Below, one piece after another: positions 9,030 to 20,543 of a stretch of 64,000 nt of DNA. The stretch lies in the NCBI GenBank assembly GCA_964515075.1, contig CAZETE010000003.1:14254-78253 (forward strand). The letters are read 5' to 3'. Positions within the stretch are counted from its first letter, which is position 1, and every line of letters starts with the position of its first letter. Below the pieces are notes generated by a model. It made no database searches. It was given only the letters and a program-made list of their open reading frames with translations, and was not told where the DNA came from. The DNA comes from an uncultured Actinomycetota bacterium. Lineage in GTDB: Bacteria; Actinomycetota; Geothermincolia; Geothermincolales; Geothermincolaceae. A program made the translations under genes and the position numbers.

Positions 9030-10117
9030 TCAGCAGGTCAGCTTGATGCCGCCGCTCCCCTCCTGCACCTCGCCGATGAAGAAGGGGCGGTAGGCGTTGT
9101 TGCTGAAGACCTCCATGGCCTCCCGCAGGTCGCCGCGGTCGACGATCACCGCCATGCCGATGCCCATGTTGAAGGTGCGGAACATCTCGATCTGGTCGAT
9201 CTCCCCCATCCTCTGGATGACCTGGAAGATGCTGCGCCCCGGCCAGGAGCCGATGTTCACCACCGCGTCCACCCCGGGAGGGAGGATGCGGGGGAGGTTC
9301 TCCACGATGCCGCCCCCGGTGATGTGGGCCACTCCCTTGACGCGGACCTTCTCCATCACCTTGAGGATGCCCGGCGCGTAGATCTCGGTGGGCGCCAGCA
9401 GCTCCCTGCCCAGCGGCTGGGAGAGGCCGCGCAGGTGGTCGTCGACGTCGAAGTCGTTGAGCTCGAAGAAGACCTTGCGGGCCAGCGAATAGCCGTTGGA
9501 GTGGAGCCCCGAGGAGCCCAAGCCGATGATGGCGTCCGGCGGCCGGATGGTCGAGCCGTCGATGACCTCGTTCCTGCCCACCACGCCCACGGCGAAGCCG
9601 GCCAGGTCGTACTGGTCCTCTCCCATCAGGCCGGGGTGCTCCGCCGTCTCGCCCCCGATGAGGGAGCAGCCGGCCCGCCGGCACCCCTCCACCATGCCCT
9701 CCATGATCCGGGCCACCTTCTCCGGCACCACCCTGCCGATGGACAGGTAGTCGAGGAAGAAGAGGGGCCGGGCGCCGCAGCAGACGACGTCGTCCACGCA
9801 CATGGCCACCAGGTCGATGCCCACGGTGTCGTGCTTGTCCATCATCTGGGCCAGCTTGAGCTTGGTGCCCACCCCGTCCACCGACGAGACCAGCACCGGG
9901 TCCTCGATGCCCGGGAAGGAGGCGTCGTGCAGGGCGGAGAAACCGCCCAGGCCGCCGAGCACGTCCTCCGAGAAGGTGCCGCGCACCATGTCCTTGATCA
10001 GGTCGACGGCCCGCTTGCCCGCCTCCACGTCCACGCCCGCGGCCGCGTAGGTGAGCCCGGAGCACTCCTCCGCGCCCGCCTCCCCGTCCGTCCGGTTCCT
10101 CTCCTCGCCGTCGCCGT

Positions 10118-10121
<4 letters not shown>
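9030..10121 (-). CDS. purM: AIR synthetase
   Basis: TYAAAGVD, DGVGTKL, GGETAEHPG, GLHSNGYSL, AHITGGG; start reset to GTG 10121. Confidence 0.96.
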
Positions 10122-11545
<1,424 letters not shown>

Positions 11546-11562
11546 CTCTTCTAATCTTCTCC

Positions 11563-13755
11563 CTACGCCAGTATCTCCTGCAGGGCGCGCTCCCGGCGCT
11601 CGCCCAGGGCCTTGAGATCGACGTCCAGCCAGTCGTTGACCCGCAGGCGCGCGCCGCCGGTCCTGCCAAGGACAGTGTAAGGAATATCCCTTTTGCGCGC
11701 CAGGGCCTCCATCATCTCCAGCCTGTCGTCGGGTACGGTCACCACGAAGCGCGACTGGGACTCGGAGAAGAGCCAGACCAGCGGCTCCAGCGCCGTCTCC
11801 ACCTGGAGGGCCGCCCCCCGCCCGCCGGCAAGGCAGCACTCCAGCAGGGCCACGGCCGCCCCTCCCTCCGAGCAGTCGTGGGCCGAGGCGATGAGGTCGC
11901 GCCGGATGCCCTCGGTGCAGGTGGCCTGAACCCGCTTCTCCAAGGAGAGGTCGAGGCGGGGGGCCTCGCCCGCGGTGAGGCCGTGGACGCAGAAGAGGTA
12001 CTCGCTCCCCCCCATGTCCTCGCCGGTCTCCCCCAGCAGCAGGACGTTCAATCCGTCGGCGGGGAAGCCGATGCTGCGGCGGTTGCTGATGGTGCCGATG
12101 AGCCCCACCACCCCCACCACCGGGGTGGGGTGGATGGCCTCGCCGAAGGACTCGTTGTAGAAGCTGACGTTGCCGCTGACCACCGGCACCTCGAAGTGGC
12201 GCGCCGCCTCCGCCATGGCCTTGACCGACTCCGCGAACTGCCAGAATATCTCGGGCTTCTCGGGGCTGCCGAAGTTGAGGCAGTCGGTCATGGCCAGGGG
12301 GACGCCGCCCGAGGCGGTGATGTTGCGGCAGGCCTCCGCCACCGCGATCTGGGTGCCGCGCCAGGGGTCGAGGTAGACGTAACGCCCGTTGCCGTCGCAG
12401 GTCACCGCCAGGGCCTTGCTGGTGCCCTTGATGCGGACGACCGCGGCGTCGGATCCGGGGTGGACCACCGTGTTCAGGTGTGCCATGTGGTCGTACTGCT
12501 CATAGATGCAGCGGCGGCTGCAGAGGTTGGGGCCGGTGACCAGCCGCTCCAGCAGGGCGTTCATATCGGCGGGATGCTCCAGGGAGCCCCAGTCCAGCTT
12601 GACCGCCTCGTCCAGGTAGGCCGGCCGGACGGCCTCCCGCGAGTACCTGGGGCTCTGCAGGACCAGGGAGTCCGCCGGCAGCTCGAAGACCTTCTCCCCG
12701 TGCCACCAGCCCTCCAGGATGCCCCCCTCCAACACCTCGCCCACGACCACGGCATTCAGGCCCCACCGTTCGCAGACGGCCAGGACCTCGTCCGCCTTTT
12801 CGGGCTCGGCTATGGCCAGCATGCGCTCCTGCGACTCGGAGATCATGATCTCGAAGGGCTCCATGTCCGCCTCGCGCAGGGGGACCCGATCGACGTGGAC
12901 GCGCATGCCCACGCTGCCCCGCGAGGCCGTCTCGGAGCAGGCGCAGGAGAGGCCCGCCGCCCCCAGGTCCTGCAGGCCCACCAGCAGGTCCCGGGCCCTG
13001 AGCTCCAGGCACGCCTCGATGAGCAGCTTCTCGGTGAAGGGATCGCCCACCTGCACGCTGGGGCGCTTGGACTCCGAGGTCTCGTCGAACTCCTGGGAGG
13101 CCAGGACGGAGGCCCCGCCGATGCCGTCGCGCCCGGTGCGGTTGCCGATGAGGATGACCGCGTTGCCCTCCCCGGAGGCCACCCCCTTGATCAGGTCGCT
13201 CACCCGCATGATCCCCAGGCACATCACATTGACCAGCGGGTTGCCCTCGTAGGAAGGATTGAAGTAGACGTCGCCGGCGACGGTGGGGACGCCCAGGCAG
13301 TTGCCGTACCCGGCGATGCCCGCCACCACCTCCTTGACCAGGTGGCGCGTGCGGGGGTTGTCCGGGTCGCCGAAGCGCAGGGGGTCGAGGCAGAGGATGG
13401 GGCGCGCTCCCATGGTGAAGATGTCCCGCACCATGCCGCCGACGCCGGTGGCCGCCCCCTGGTAGGGCTCGACCGCGCTGGGATGGTTGTGCGACTCCAT
13501 CTTGAAGGCCACGGCATAGCCGCTGCCGATGTCCACCACCCCGGCGTTCTCCCCCGGCCCCTGCAGCACGACGGGAGAACGGGTGGGGAGCAGTTTGAGC
13601 AGGTTGCGCGAACTCTTGTAGGAGCAGTGCTCGCTCCACATCAGCGAGTACATGCCCAACTCCACCTTGTTGGGCTCCCGTCCCAGGATCTCCATGATCC
13701 TCTCGTATTCCGCGGTGGTCAGACCGAGTTCCTCGTAGAGTTCAGCCATCCCCAT
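11563..13755 (-). CDS. purL: FGAM synthase subunit PurL (small form)
   Basis: WSEHCSYKSS, ESHNHPS, QDLGAAG, SESQERM, SGNVSFYN. Confidence 0.97.
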   Translation of the reverse strand: MGMAELYEELGLTTAEYERIMEILGREPNKVELGMYSLMWSEHCSYKSSRNLLKLLPTRSPVVLQGPGENAGVVDIGSGYAVAFKMESHNHPSAVEPYQGAATGVGGMVRDIFTMGARPILCLDPLRFGDPDNPRTRHLVKEVVAGIAGYGNCLGVPTVAGDVYFNPSYEGNPLVNVMCLGIMRVSDLIKGVASGEGNAVILIGNRTGRDGIGGASVLASQEFDETSESKRPSVQVGDPFTEKLLIEACLELRARDLLVGLQDLGAAGLSCACSETASRGSVGMRVHVDRVPLREADMEPFEIMISESQERMLAIAEPEKADEVLAVCERWGLNAVVVGEVLEGGILEGWWHGEKVFELPADSLVLQSPRYSREAVRPAYLDEAVKLDWGSLEHPADMNALLERLVTGPNLCSRRCIYEQYDHMAHLNTVVHPGSDAAVVRIKGTSKALAVTCDGNGRYVYLDPWRGTQIAVAEACRNITASGGVPLAMTDCLNFGSPEKPEIFWQFAESVKAMAEAARHFEVPVVSGNVSFYNESFGEAIHPTPVVGVVGLIGTISNRRSIGFPADGLNVLLLGETGEDMGGSEYLFCVHGLTAGEAPRLDLSLEKRVQATCTEGIRRDLIASAHDCSEGGAAVALLECCLAGGRGAALQVETALEPLVWLFSESQSRFVVTVPDDRLEMMEALARKRDIPYTVLGRTGGARLRVNDWLDVDLKALGERRERALQEILA

Positions 13756-14453
13756 CACCCCCCGGCCCTTCCCGCCGCCAGGATCGAGTCCCAGATGAAC
13801 ATCCCGTCGGCGCTGCCCAGGATGGCCTCGGCGCAGCGCTCCGGGCGGGGCATGAGGCCGAAGACGTTGAAGCCCTCGCTGCAGATGCCGGCGATGTTGC
13901 GCGCCGACCCGCAGGGGTTGGCCTGAGGGGTGATGTCGCCCTCCGCGTCGCAGTAGCGGAGGACGACGCGTCCCTGCTCCTCCAGCGCGTCGAGGGTGGC
14001 CTCATCCGCGAAATAGTTTCCCTCGCCGTGGGCGATGGGTATGCGCAGCACCTGTCCCTCCTCCGCCTTGCCGGTGAAGGGGGTGCGGTTGTTCTCGACC
14101 CGCAGGTCGACGAAGCGGCAGAGGAAACGCAAGGCCGCGTTGCGCAGCATCGCCCCGGGCAGCAGCCCGGCCTCCAGCAGGATCTGGAAGCCGTTGCAGA
14201 TGCCGATGACCAACCCCCCGCCGGCCGCGAAGTCCCTGACCGCCTCCATCACCGGGGAGTGGCTGGCGATGGCCCCGCAGCGCAGGCAATCGCCGTAGGA
14301 GAACCCGCCGGGCAGGATGACGCAGTCGCAGCCGGCCAGGTCGGTCTCCTGGTGCCAGACGTACCTGGCCTGCTGCCCGAGCACATCCTTTACGACATGA
14401 AAGCAGTCCGCCTCGCTGCCGGTGCCGGGAAAGACCACGATCCCGAAGTCCAT
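13755..14453 (-). CDS. purQ: FGAM synthase glutaminase subunit PurQ, catalytic His replaced by Arg
   Basis: [23 protein letters not shown]; MPRPER in place of MPHPER. Confidence 0.93.
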   Translation of the reverse strand: MDFGIVVFPGTGSEADCFHVVKDVLGQQARYVWHQETDLAGCDCVILPGGFSYGDCLRCGAIASHSPVMEAVRDFAAGGGLVIGICNGFQILLEAGLLPGAMLRNAALRFLCRFVDLRVENNRTPFTGKAEEGQVLRIPIAHGEGNYFADEATLDALEEQGRVVLRYCDAEGDITPQANPCGSARNIAGICSEGFNVFGLMPRPERCAEAILGSADGMFIWDSILAAGRAGG

Positions 14454-14484
14454 TTTACCTCCTTACCCGCGCCGGGCCCGGCCC

Positions 14485-14748
14485 TCAGCCGCTCTCGATC
14501 CGGTAGTCCTCGATGTTGGGGTTGGCCAGGAGCCTCTCGCACATCTCCCGCACCCGCTCCGGCCCGCCGGGCGCGCCGGCCCGCAGGGTCAGGGCTACGT
14601 ACTTCCCGATGCGCACGTCCTCTACCTCCCCGTAGCCCAGGTCCTTGAGGGCCTGCAGGGCGGCCTGGCCCTGCGGGTCGAGCACTCCCTCCCTGGGGAA
14701 CACGTACACGGAAAACCTCGTCTCGTCCGCAGCGGCCAAAACGTTCAC
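14485..14748 (-). CDS. purS: FGAM synthase subunit PurS
   Basis: VLDPQG, RIGK, LLANPNIEDY; located before purQ. Confidence 0.93.
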   Translation of the reverse strand: MNVLAAADETRFSVYVFPREGVLDPQGQAALQALKDLGYGEVEDVRIGKYVALTLRAGAPGGPERVREMCERLLANPNIEDYRIESG

Positions 14749-14789
14749 CTCCAGTTCCTCGGGGGCGGGGTCGGGCTCACCCTCCGCCC

Positions 14790-16091
14790 CTACGGCTCGA
14801 GCCCCTCCAGGCGCTCGAAGACGACTTCCACGTTGCGCAGGGCGTGGTCCAGCTCGAAGCAGGCCTCCAACTCGGACCGGTCCAGCAGCGCGCCCGCCTC
14901 CCCGTCGGCGGAGAGCAGCTCCTTGAGGGGCTCGCCCGTCTCCCAGGAGCGCATGGCGTTGCGCTGCACCACGGCGTAGGCCTCCTCGCGCGTCAGCCCC
15001 TTGCCCACCAGGGCCAGCAGCACCCGCTCAGAGTGGATGAGCCCGCCGGTGCGCTCCAGGTTGGCCCGCATGCGCTCGGGATAGACCTGCAGCCCCCTGA
15101 TCACGTTATGCAGCTTCACCAGCATGTAGTGGAGGGCGGTGGTGGAGTCGGGGATGATCACCCGCTCCACCGAGGAGTGGGAGATGTCCCGCTCGTGCCA
15201 GAGGGCGACGTTCTCCAGGCCGGCCAGGGCGTTGCCCCGCAGCAGCCTGGCCATGCCGGCGATGCGCTCGCAGATGATGGGGTTGCGCTTGTGGGGCATG
15301 GCGCTCGACCCCTTCTGGCCTTTGGCGAAGGGCTCCTCCGCCTCCAGGATGTCGGTGCGCTGCAGGGCGCGCACCTCGGTGGCGATCTTCTCGCAGGTGG
15401 CCCCGGTGACGGCGATGGCCGCCAGGTACTCGGCGTGGCGGTCGCGCTGCAGCACCTGCGTGGACACCTCGGCGGGCTTGAGCCCCAGCCGCTCGCAGAC
15501 GTAGGCCTCCACCCGCGGGTCGATGTTGCCGTAGACCCCCACCGCGCCCGAGAGCTTGCCGCAGCTGATGACCTCGCGCGCCCGGCGCAGCCGCTCGAGG
15601 TCGCGGGCCATCTCGAAGGCGTAGAGGGCCAGCTTGTGCCCGAAGACGGTGGGCTCGGCGTGGATGCCGTGGGTGCGCCCGATCATCGGCTGATGCCGGA
15701 ACTCCAGGGCCCGGGCCTTCAGGGTGAGGGCCAGGGCCCTCGCTTCCCCTATGATCAGGTCCATGGCGTCGCGCATCTGCAGGGCCAGCCCGGTATCCAG
15801 GACGTCGGAGGAGGTCATCCCGTAGTGGATGTAGCGCGAATCCTCTCCCACGTACTCGGCCACGTTGGTGAGGAAGGCGATGACGTCGTGGTGGGTGACC
15901 GCCTCTATCTCGAGGATGCGTTCGGGGTCGAAGGAGGCCTTGCTGCGGATGGGCTCGACCACCTCCGCGGGGATCTCCCCCAGCACGCTCCAGGCCTCCA
16001 GCGCCAGCAGCTCGACCTCCAGCCACTTCTCGTACCTGGAGCGGTCGCTCCAGATCTTCCCCATCTCGGGGAGGGTGTACCTCTCGATCAT
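14790..16091 (-). CDS. purB: Adenylosuccinate lyase
   Basis: [31 protein letters not shown]. Confidence 0.98.
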   Translation of the reverse strand: MIERYTLPEMGKIWSDRSRYEKWLEVELLALEAWSVLGEIPAEVVEPIRSKASFDPERILEIEAVTHHDVIAFLTNVAEYVGEDSRYIHYGMTSSDVLDTGLALQMRDAMDLIIGEARALALTLKARALEFRHQPMIGRTHGIHAEPTVFGHKLALYAFEMARDLERLRRAREVISCGKLSGAVGVYGNIDPRVEAYVCERLGLKPAEVSTQVLQRDRHAEYLAAIAVTGATCEKIATEVRALQRTDILEAEEPFAKGQKGSSAMPHKRNPIICERIAGMARLLRGNALAGLENVALWHERDISHSSVERVIIPDSTTALHYMLVKLHNVIRGLQVYPERMRANLERTGGLIHSERVLLALVGKGLTREEAYAVVQRNAMRSWETGEPLKELLSADGEAGALLDRSELEACFELDHALRNVEVVFERLEGLEP

Positions 16092-16110
16092 CCGGCCCCG
16101 CCCCTTCCCC

Positions 16111-16575
16111 TCAGTCCGCCGCCGCCATGGACCGGCGGTACTCCCGCAGCTTCTCGGCCACTTCCGGGTATTTGAGCCCCAGGATGGACGCCGCCAGCAG
16201 GCCGGCGTTCTCCGCCCCGTCCACCGCCACCGTGGCCACCGGGATGCCCTTGGGCATCTGGACGATGGAGAGGAGCGAGTCGAGCCCCCCCAGGTCGCGG
16301 GTGGAGACGGGGATGCCGATGACCGGCAGGGTGGTGAGGGAGGCCACCACGCCGGGGAGGGCCGCCGCCTTGCCCGCGGCCGCGATGAACACCTCCACCC
16401 CCTTGCCCGGGGCCTGGAGCACGAAGTCGCGCAGCCTCTCCGGCTGCCGGTGGGCGGAGATGACCGCCACCATCACTCCCACGCCCATCCTGGACAGGGC
16501 CTCCTCGGCCGGCCGGACCTTCTCGGCGTCCGACCTGGAGCCCATGATCACCGCCACCACGGGTAATCTACTCAA
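16111..16575 (-). CDS. purE: AIR carboxylase/N5-CAIR mutase
   Basis: IMGSRSD, SAHR, PVIGIP, SIVQMPKGIPVATV. Confidence 0.96.
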   Translation of the reverse strand: MSRLPVVAVIMGSRSDAEKVRPAEEALSRMGVGVMVAVISAHRQPERLRDFVLQAPGKGVEVFIAAAGKAAALPGVVASLTTLPVIGIPVSTRDLGGLDSLLSIVQMPKGIPVATVAVDGAENAGLLAASILGLKYPEVAEKLREYRRSMAAAD

Positions 16576-16609
16576 TGTAATTTCTCCTTTTCCGGCCCGC
16601 CCTTCCCGG

Positions 16610-17884
16610 TCACGCCTCCACCACCCGCAGGGCGATGTCCGAGCGGTAGTAGGCGTCGGTGAAGGATATCCTTTCCGCGGCGGCGTAGGCCCGGGCCCGG
16701 GCGGAAGCGAAGTCCGCCCCCCAGGCGGAGACGTTGAGCACCCGCCCCCCGGAGGTGACCACCCGCCCCTCGGGGTCGAGGCCCGTGCCCGCGTGGAAGA
16801 CGGCCACGCCGTCCATGGCGGAGGCTTCCTCCAGGCCGGAGACGACGAAGCCCCCGGCGTAGTCGCCCGGATAGCCGCCGGACGCCATCACCACGGTGAC
16901 GCAGGGCCCCTCCGACCACTCCAGCTCCAGGCCGTCCAGCCGCCCCTCGGCCACCGCCAGCATCGCCTCCAGCAGGTCGCTCTTGAGCCGGGGCAGCACC
17001 GCCTGGGTCTCGGGATCGCCGAAACGGACGTTGAACTCCAGCACCTTGGGGCCCTCCCCGGTGAGGATGACCCCGGCGTAGAGGACCCCCCGGAAGTGGA
17101 TGCCCCGTTTGACCAGGGCTTTCGCCGTCGGACGGAGCACCTCCTCCACCACCCGGTCGTAGGCGGCCGGGTCGAGGGCGGGGACCGGCGAATAGGAGCC
17201 CATGCCGCCGGTGTTGGGCCCGGTGTCGGCGTCGCCTACGCGCTTGTAGTCCTGGGCGGGCGCCAGCGGGAGGACGGTCTCCCCGTCCACCAGGGTGAGC
17301 AGGGAAGCCTCCTGCCCGGTGAGGAACTCCTCGACGAGCACCCGGCGGCCGGCCTCGCCGAAGCGGCCCTCGACCATGCATTCGCGCAGGGCTTCCTCGG
17401 CCCGGTCCAGGTCCTCGCAGATGATCACCCCCTTGCCGGCGGCCAGGCCGTCGGCCTTGACCACCAGGGGCGGCTCCAGGGAGCGCAGGTACCTCGACGC
17501 GCCGGCATGGTCCTCGAAGACCTCGGCCCGGCCGGTGGGGATGCCTTCCTCCAGCATCAGGCGCTTGGCGAAGGCCTTGCTGCCCTCCATCCGCGCGGCC
17601 TCGCGGCGGGGCCCGAAGGCCTTCAGCCCGGCAGCCTCGAAGGCGTCGACGATGCCGCCGACCAGGGGCGCCTCCGGCCCCACCACGGTCAGGTCGATGC
17701 CCTCGCGGGAGGCGAAGGCCCGCAGCCCCTCGATGTCCTCGGCGGCGATGTCCACGTTTTCGCCCAGGCCGGCGGTGCCCGCGTTGCCGGGGGCGCAGAA
17801 GAGCCCGCTCAAGCGGGGGGACTGCTTGAGCTTCCAGGCCAGGGCGTGTTCCCGGCCTCCTCCGCCCACCACCAGGACCTTCAT
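16610..17884 (-). CDS. purD: Phosphoribosylamine-glycine ligase
   Basis: Start reset to MKVLVVGGGGREHA; KADGLAAGKGV, NTGGMG, EFNVRFGDPE, GGRVL. Confidence 0.98.
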   Translation of the reverse strand: MKVLVVGGGGREHALAWKLKQSPRLSGLFCAPGNAGTAGLGENVDIAAEDIEGLRAFASREGIDLTVVGPEAPLVGGIVDAFEAAGLKAFGPRREAARMEGSKAFAKRLMLEEGIPTGRAEVFEDHAGASRYLRSLEPPLVVKADGLAAGKGVIICEDLDRAEEALRECMVEGRFGEAGRRVLVEEFLTGQEASLLTLVDGETVLPLAPAQDYKRVGDADTGPNTGGMGSYSPVPALDPAAYDRVVEEVLRPTAKALVKRGIHFRGVLYAGVILTGEGPKVLEFNVRFGDPETQAVLPRLKSDLLEAMLAVAEGRLDGLELEWSEGPCVTVVMASGGYPGDYAGGFVVSGLEEASAMDGVAVFHAGTGLDPEGRVVTSGGRVLNVSAWGADFASARARAYAAAERISFTDAYYRSDIALRVVEA

Positions 17885-17956
17885 ACGGCACCTCCGTTGC
17901 GCATGGTTCGGATTCCTCCAGGCTCGTTCTTTCACCGGCACCATCAGTGCGGGCTT

Positions 17957-17965
17957 ATTCTATCA
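17957..17965 (-). promoter_or_regulatory. Extended -10 (TGaTAGAAT) of the pur operon
   Basis: TGnTAGAAT about 73 nt upstream of the purD ATG. Confidence 0.5.
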
Positions 17966-17983
17966 CCATGCCGCGACAAAACA

Positions 17984-18081
17984 CGGGGTCAGGCCCTGAC
18001 GATAATTGACGAAATCGAAAGGCGATGTGGCCGCAGCCGGATTCCGTCGATTTCGTCAATTATCGTCAGGGCCTGACCCCG
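17984..18081. repeat. REPIN-like hairpin: perfect 35-bp inverted repeat with 28-bp spacer
   Basis: CGGGGTCAGGCCCTGACGATAATTGACGAAATCGA (17984-18018) is the exact reverse complement of 18047-18081. Confidence 0.92.
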
Positions 18082-18092
18082 GATTTTTGGGG

Positions 18093-18299
18093 TTAGCGGG
18101 GGGGCGGGGGGCGCAGGGCGGTCCCGGCCTCGCAGTGGCTCCAGATCCCGCAGAGGTCGTCCGGGTCCCGCAAGGCCCGCGGCCTGCCGCCCGGCTCGCC
18201 GGTGGGGGGCGGCGCCGTCTCCTGGGGGCGGCCGCCTCCGCCGCCGCGCCGGACGCCGTGCGCGGACTCCGGCGGCAGGTTGTGCAAGACGCGCTCCAT
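18093..18299 (-). CDS. Possible small hypothetical protein (68 aa)
   Basis: GAGGAGGT SD 9 nt before ATG 18299; Gly/Pro-rich, no recognisable domain. Confidence 0.35.
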   Translation of the reverse strand: MERVLHNLPPESAHGVRRGGGGGRPQETAPPPTGEPGGRPRALRDPDDLCGIWSHCEAGTALRPPPPR

Positions 18300-18460
18300 G
18301 GCCTGCGGACCTCCTCGTCTTGAAACGACCGGCACGGCATTCGCGGGCACGCCCTTCCGAGCGGTCCCCAATTACTTCTCCGCCCGGGTTCTCATACCTT
18401 CCTTACCGGCGCTTGGGGCCCCGAAGGGCCCGGTTGCCCGCTTCCGGGGCCGGCGGGAGG

Positions 18461-19792
18461 TCAGAGGGACAGGTCGTCCTGGAAGAGGAAGCGGCCCTGG
18501 TCGGGGCGGCGCACCTCGCCGTCCAGCATCACCGTCTGGCGGCGCTCCGGGCCCACCGAGACGATCTTGACGGGCACCCCCGCCCGTTCCTGCACGAACT
18601 CCAGGTAGGCGCGGGCGTTGGCCGGAAGGTCGTCGATGGCGGCGGCGGCGGAGATGTCCGTCTTCCAGCCGGGCATCTCCTCGTAGACCGGTTCGCAGCC
18701 GGCGAAGACCTCGCTGCGGCTGGGATAATCTTCCAGGTAGTCCCCCCCGCAGCGGTAGCCGGTGCAGACCTTCAAGGTGTCGAACTGGGAGAGGACGTCC
18801 AGCTTGGTGAGGGCCAGGCTGGTCAGGGTGTTCAAGCGCACCGCGTAACGGAGCATCACCAGGTCCAGCCAGCCGCAGCGGCGCGGCCGCCCGGTGGTGG
18901 TCCCGAACTCCGACCCCCTGGACCGCATGGCCTCGCCCACCTCGTCCGTGAGCTCGGTGGGGAAGGGCCCCTCCCCCACCCGGGTGAGGTAGGCCTTGGC
19001 CACCCCGATGATCTCCGAGATGTCCCGCGGCCCGATGCCGGTCCCCGTGCACGCCCCTCCGGCGGTGGGGTTGGAGGAGGTGACGAAGGGGTAGGTGCCG
19101 TGGTCCAGGTCGAGCATGGTGCCCTGGGCCCCCTCGAGGAGGACGTTGCGCCCCTCGCGCAGGGCCTCGCGGATGAGCCGGGAGGTGTCGGTGATGAAGG
19201 GGCGCAGCGCCGCGGCCTGCTCCTCCAGCCTCCCCACCTCGCCGGCCACGTCCAGGGGCTCGGCCCCGTAGATGCCCTCGATGACCTGGTTCTTGGCCTC
19301 GATGAGGGCCGTCGCCTTGCGCCGCAGGACCTCCGGGTCGAGCAGGTCCTGGGCCCGCAGCCCGACGCGCATGGCCTTGTCGGCGTAGGTGGGACCGATG
19401 CCCCGCCGCGTGGTGCCCAGCCCGCCGGCGCCGCGCAGGTCCTCGGAGAGGCCGTCCAGCGCCACGTGGCAGCCGAGGATGAGGTGGGCGTTGCAGCTGA
19501 TGCGCAGGTTGGCGGTGGAGACCCCCAGGGCCTCGAGGTTGCGTATCTCGCCGATGATCACCTCGGGATTGACGACCACGCCGTTGCCGATGACCGAGAC
19601 GATGTGGGGGTAGAGGATGCCCGAGGGGATGAGGTGCAGTTTCAGGGTGGTCTCCTCGAAGATGATGGTGTGTCCGGCGTTGTTGCCCCCCTGATAGCGC
19701 GCCACCACGTGCATGTCGTCGGCCAGGAGGTCGGTTATCTTCCCCTTGCCCTCGTCCCCGAACTGGGCCCCCAGCAATACGATGGCCGGCAT
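18461..19792 (-). CDS. purA: Adenylosuccinate synthetase
   Basis: Start reset to MPAIVLLGAQFGDEGKGK; GGNNAGHT, EGAQG, GTTTGRPRRCGW. Confidence 0.98.
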   Translation of the reverse strand: MPAIVLLGAQFGDEGKGKITDLLADDMHVVARYQGGNNAGHTIIFEETTLKLHLIPSGILYPHIVSVIGNGVVVNPEVIIGEIRNLEALGVSTANLRISCNAHLILGCHVALDGLSEDLRGAGGLGTTRRGIGPTYADKAMRVGLRAQDLLDPEVLRRKATALIEAKNQVIEGIYGAEPLDVAGEVGRLEEQAAALRPFITDTSRLIREALREGRNVLLEGAQGTMLDLDHGTYPFVTSSNPTAGGACTGTGIGPRDISEIIGVAKAYLTRVGEGPFPTELTDEVGEAMRSRGSEFGTTTGRPRRCGWLDLVMLRYAVRLNTLTSLALTKLDVLSQFDTLKVCTGYRCGGDYLEDYPSRSEVFAGCEPVYEEMPGWKTDISAAAAIDDLPANARAYLEFVQERAGVPVKIVSVGPERRQTVMLDGEVRRPDQGRFLFQDDLSL

Positions 19793-19859
19793 GTGCGCCT
19801 CTCTCCCATCACGCGTGCGGGCCCGCTCGCGGGCCCGCCTTCCTAAAAACACCGCAAGA

Positions 19860-19868
19860 ATTATAGCA
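19860..19868 (-). promoter_or_regulatory. Extended -10 (TGcTATAAT) of purA
   Basis: Perfect TGnTATAAT upstream of purA. Confidence 0.6.
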
Positions 19869-19877
19869 TGAAGGGGT

Positions 19878-20543
19878 TCAGCATTCACCGCCGACGGCTG
19901 AGAGTTCCTCCTCCCGGCCCCTCTCCAGGATGACCACCAGATGATCGCCGGCCTCGAGGACCATGTCCCCGTGGGGCACCAGCGCCTCGCGGCCCCGGAA
20001 GACCACGGCCAGCAGCAGCCCCGGCGGCAGGCAGAGGTCGCGCACCTTCTTGCCCAGGGCGGGGGCTTCCGCCGTGAGCACCAGTTCCACCACGCGCAGG
20101 TTCTCCTCGGAGAAGTCGAGAAGGGAGAGGAGCCGGTGGTGCGGCAGGTGGTGTTCCACCAGCGAGTGGAGGTGACTGGCCGCGCACACGGTGGGCCTGA
20201 CTCCCAGGCGGTCGAAAATGGGCTGGTTGCGCGGGTCGTTCACCCGGGCGATGACGTTCTCCAGGCCGTACTTCTCCCGCGCCAGCTGACTGATGATGAT
20301 GTTGTCCTCGTCGTCGCCGGTGACCGCGATGACGAAATCTGCCCGGGCGATGCCCGCACTCTCCAGCGCGGTGATCTCGGTGCCGTCCCCCAGCACCGCG
20401 GAGCGCTCGAACTCCTCCTCGAGGCGCTCCCATTTGCGCCGGTCTCCCTCCACCAGGGAGACCTCGTAACCCTCCTCCAGGAGGGAGCGCGCCAGGCTCC
20501 GCCCCACCTTGCCGCCGCCCACGATGAGCACGAATGCGCTCAT
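19878..20543 (-). CDS. TrkA/KtrA-family RCK protein (RCK_N plus RCK_C)
   Basis: IVGGGKVG Rossmann motif, GDG, AVTGDDEDN, C-terminal RCK_C domain. Confidence 0.9.
   Translation of the reverse strand: MSAFVLIVGGGKVGRSLARSLLEEGYEVSLVEGDRRKWERLEEEFERSAVLGDGTEITALESAGIARADFVIAVTGDDEDNIIISQLAREKYGLENVIARVNDPRNQPIFDRLGVRPTVCAASHLHSLVEHHLPHHRLLSLLDFSEENLRVVELVLTAEAPALGKKVRDLCLPPGLLLAVVFRGREALVPHGDMVLEAGDHLVVILERGREEELSAVGGEC

Noticed and set aside
17885-17956. ZTP or purine riboswitch in the pur leader
   Set aside because: No pfl/ZTP or guanine-aptamer consensus is recognisable by eye; an Infernal/Rfam scan would settle it.
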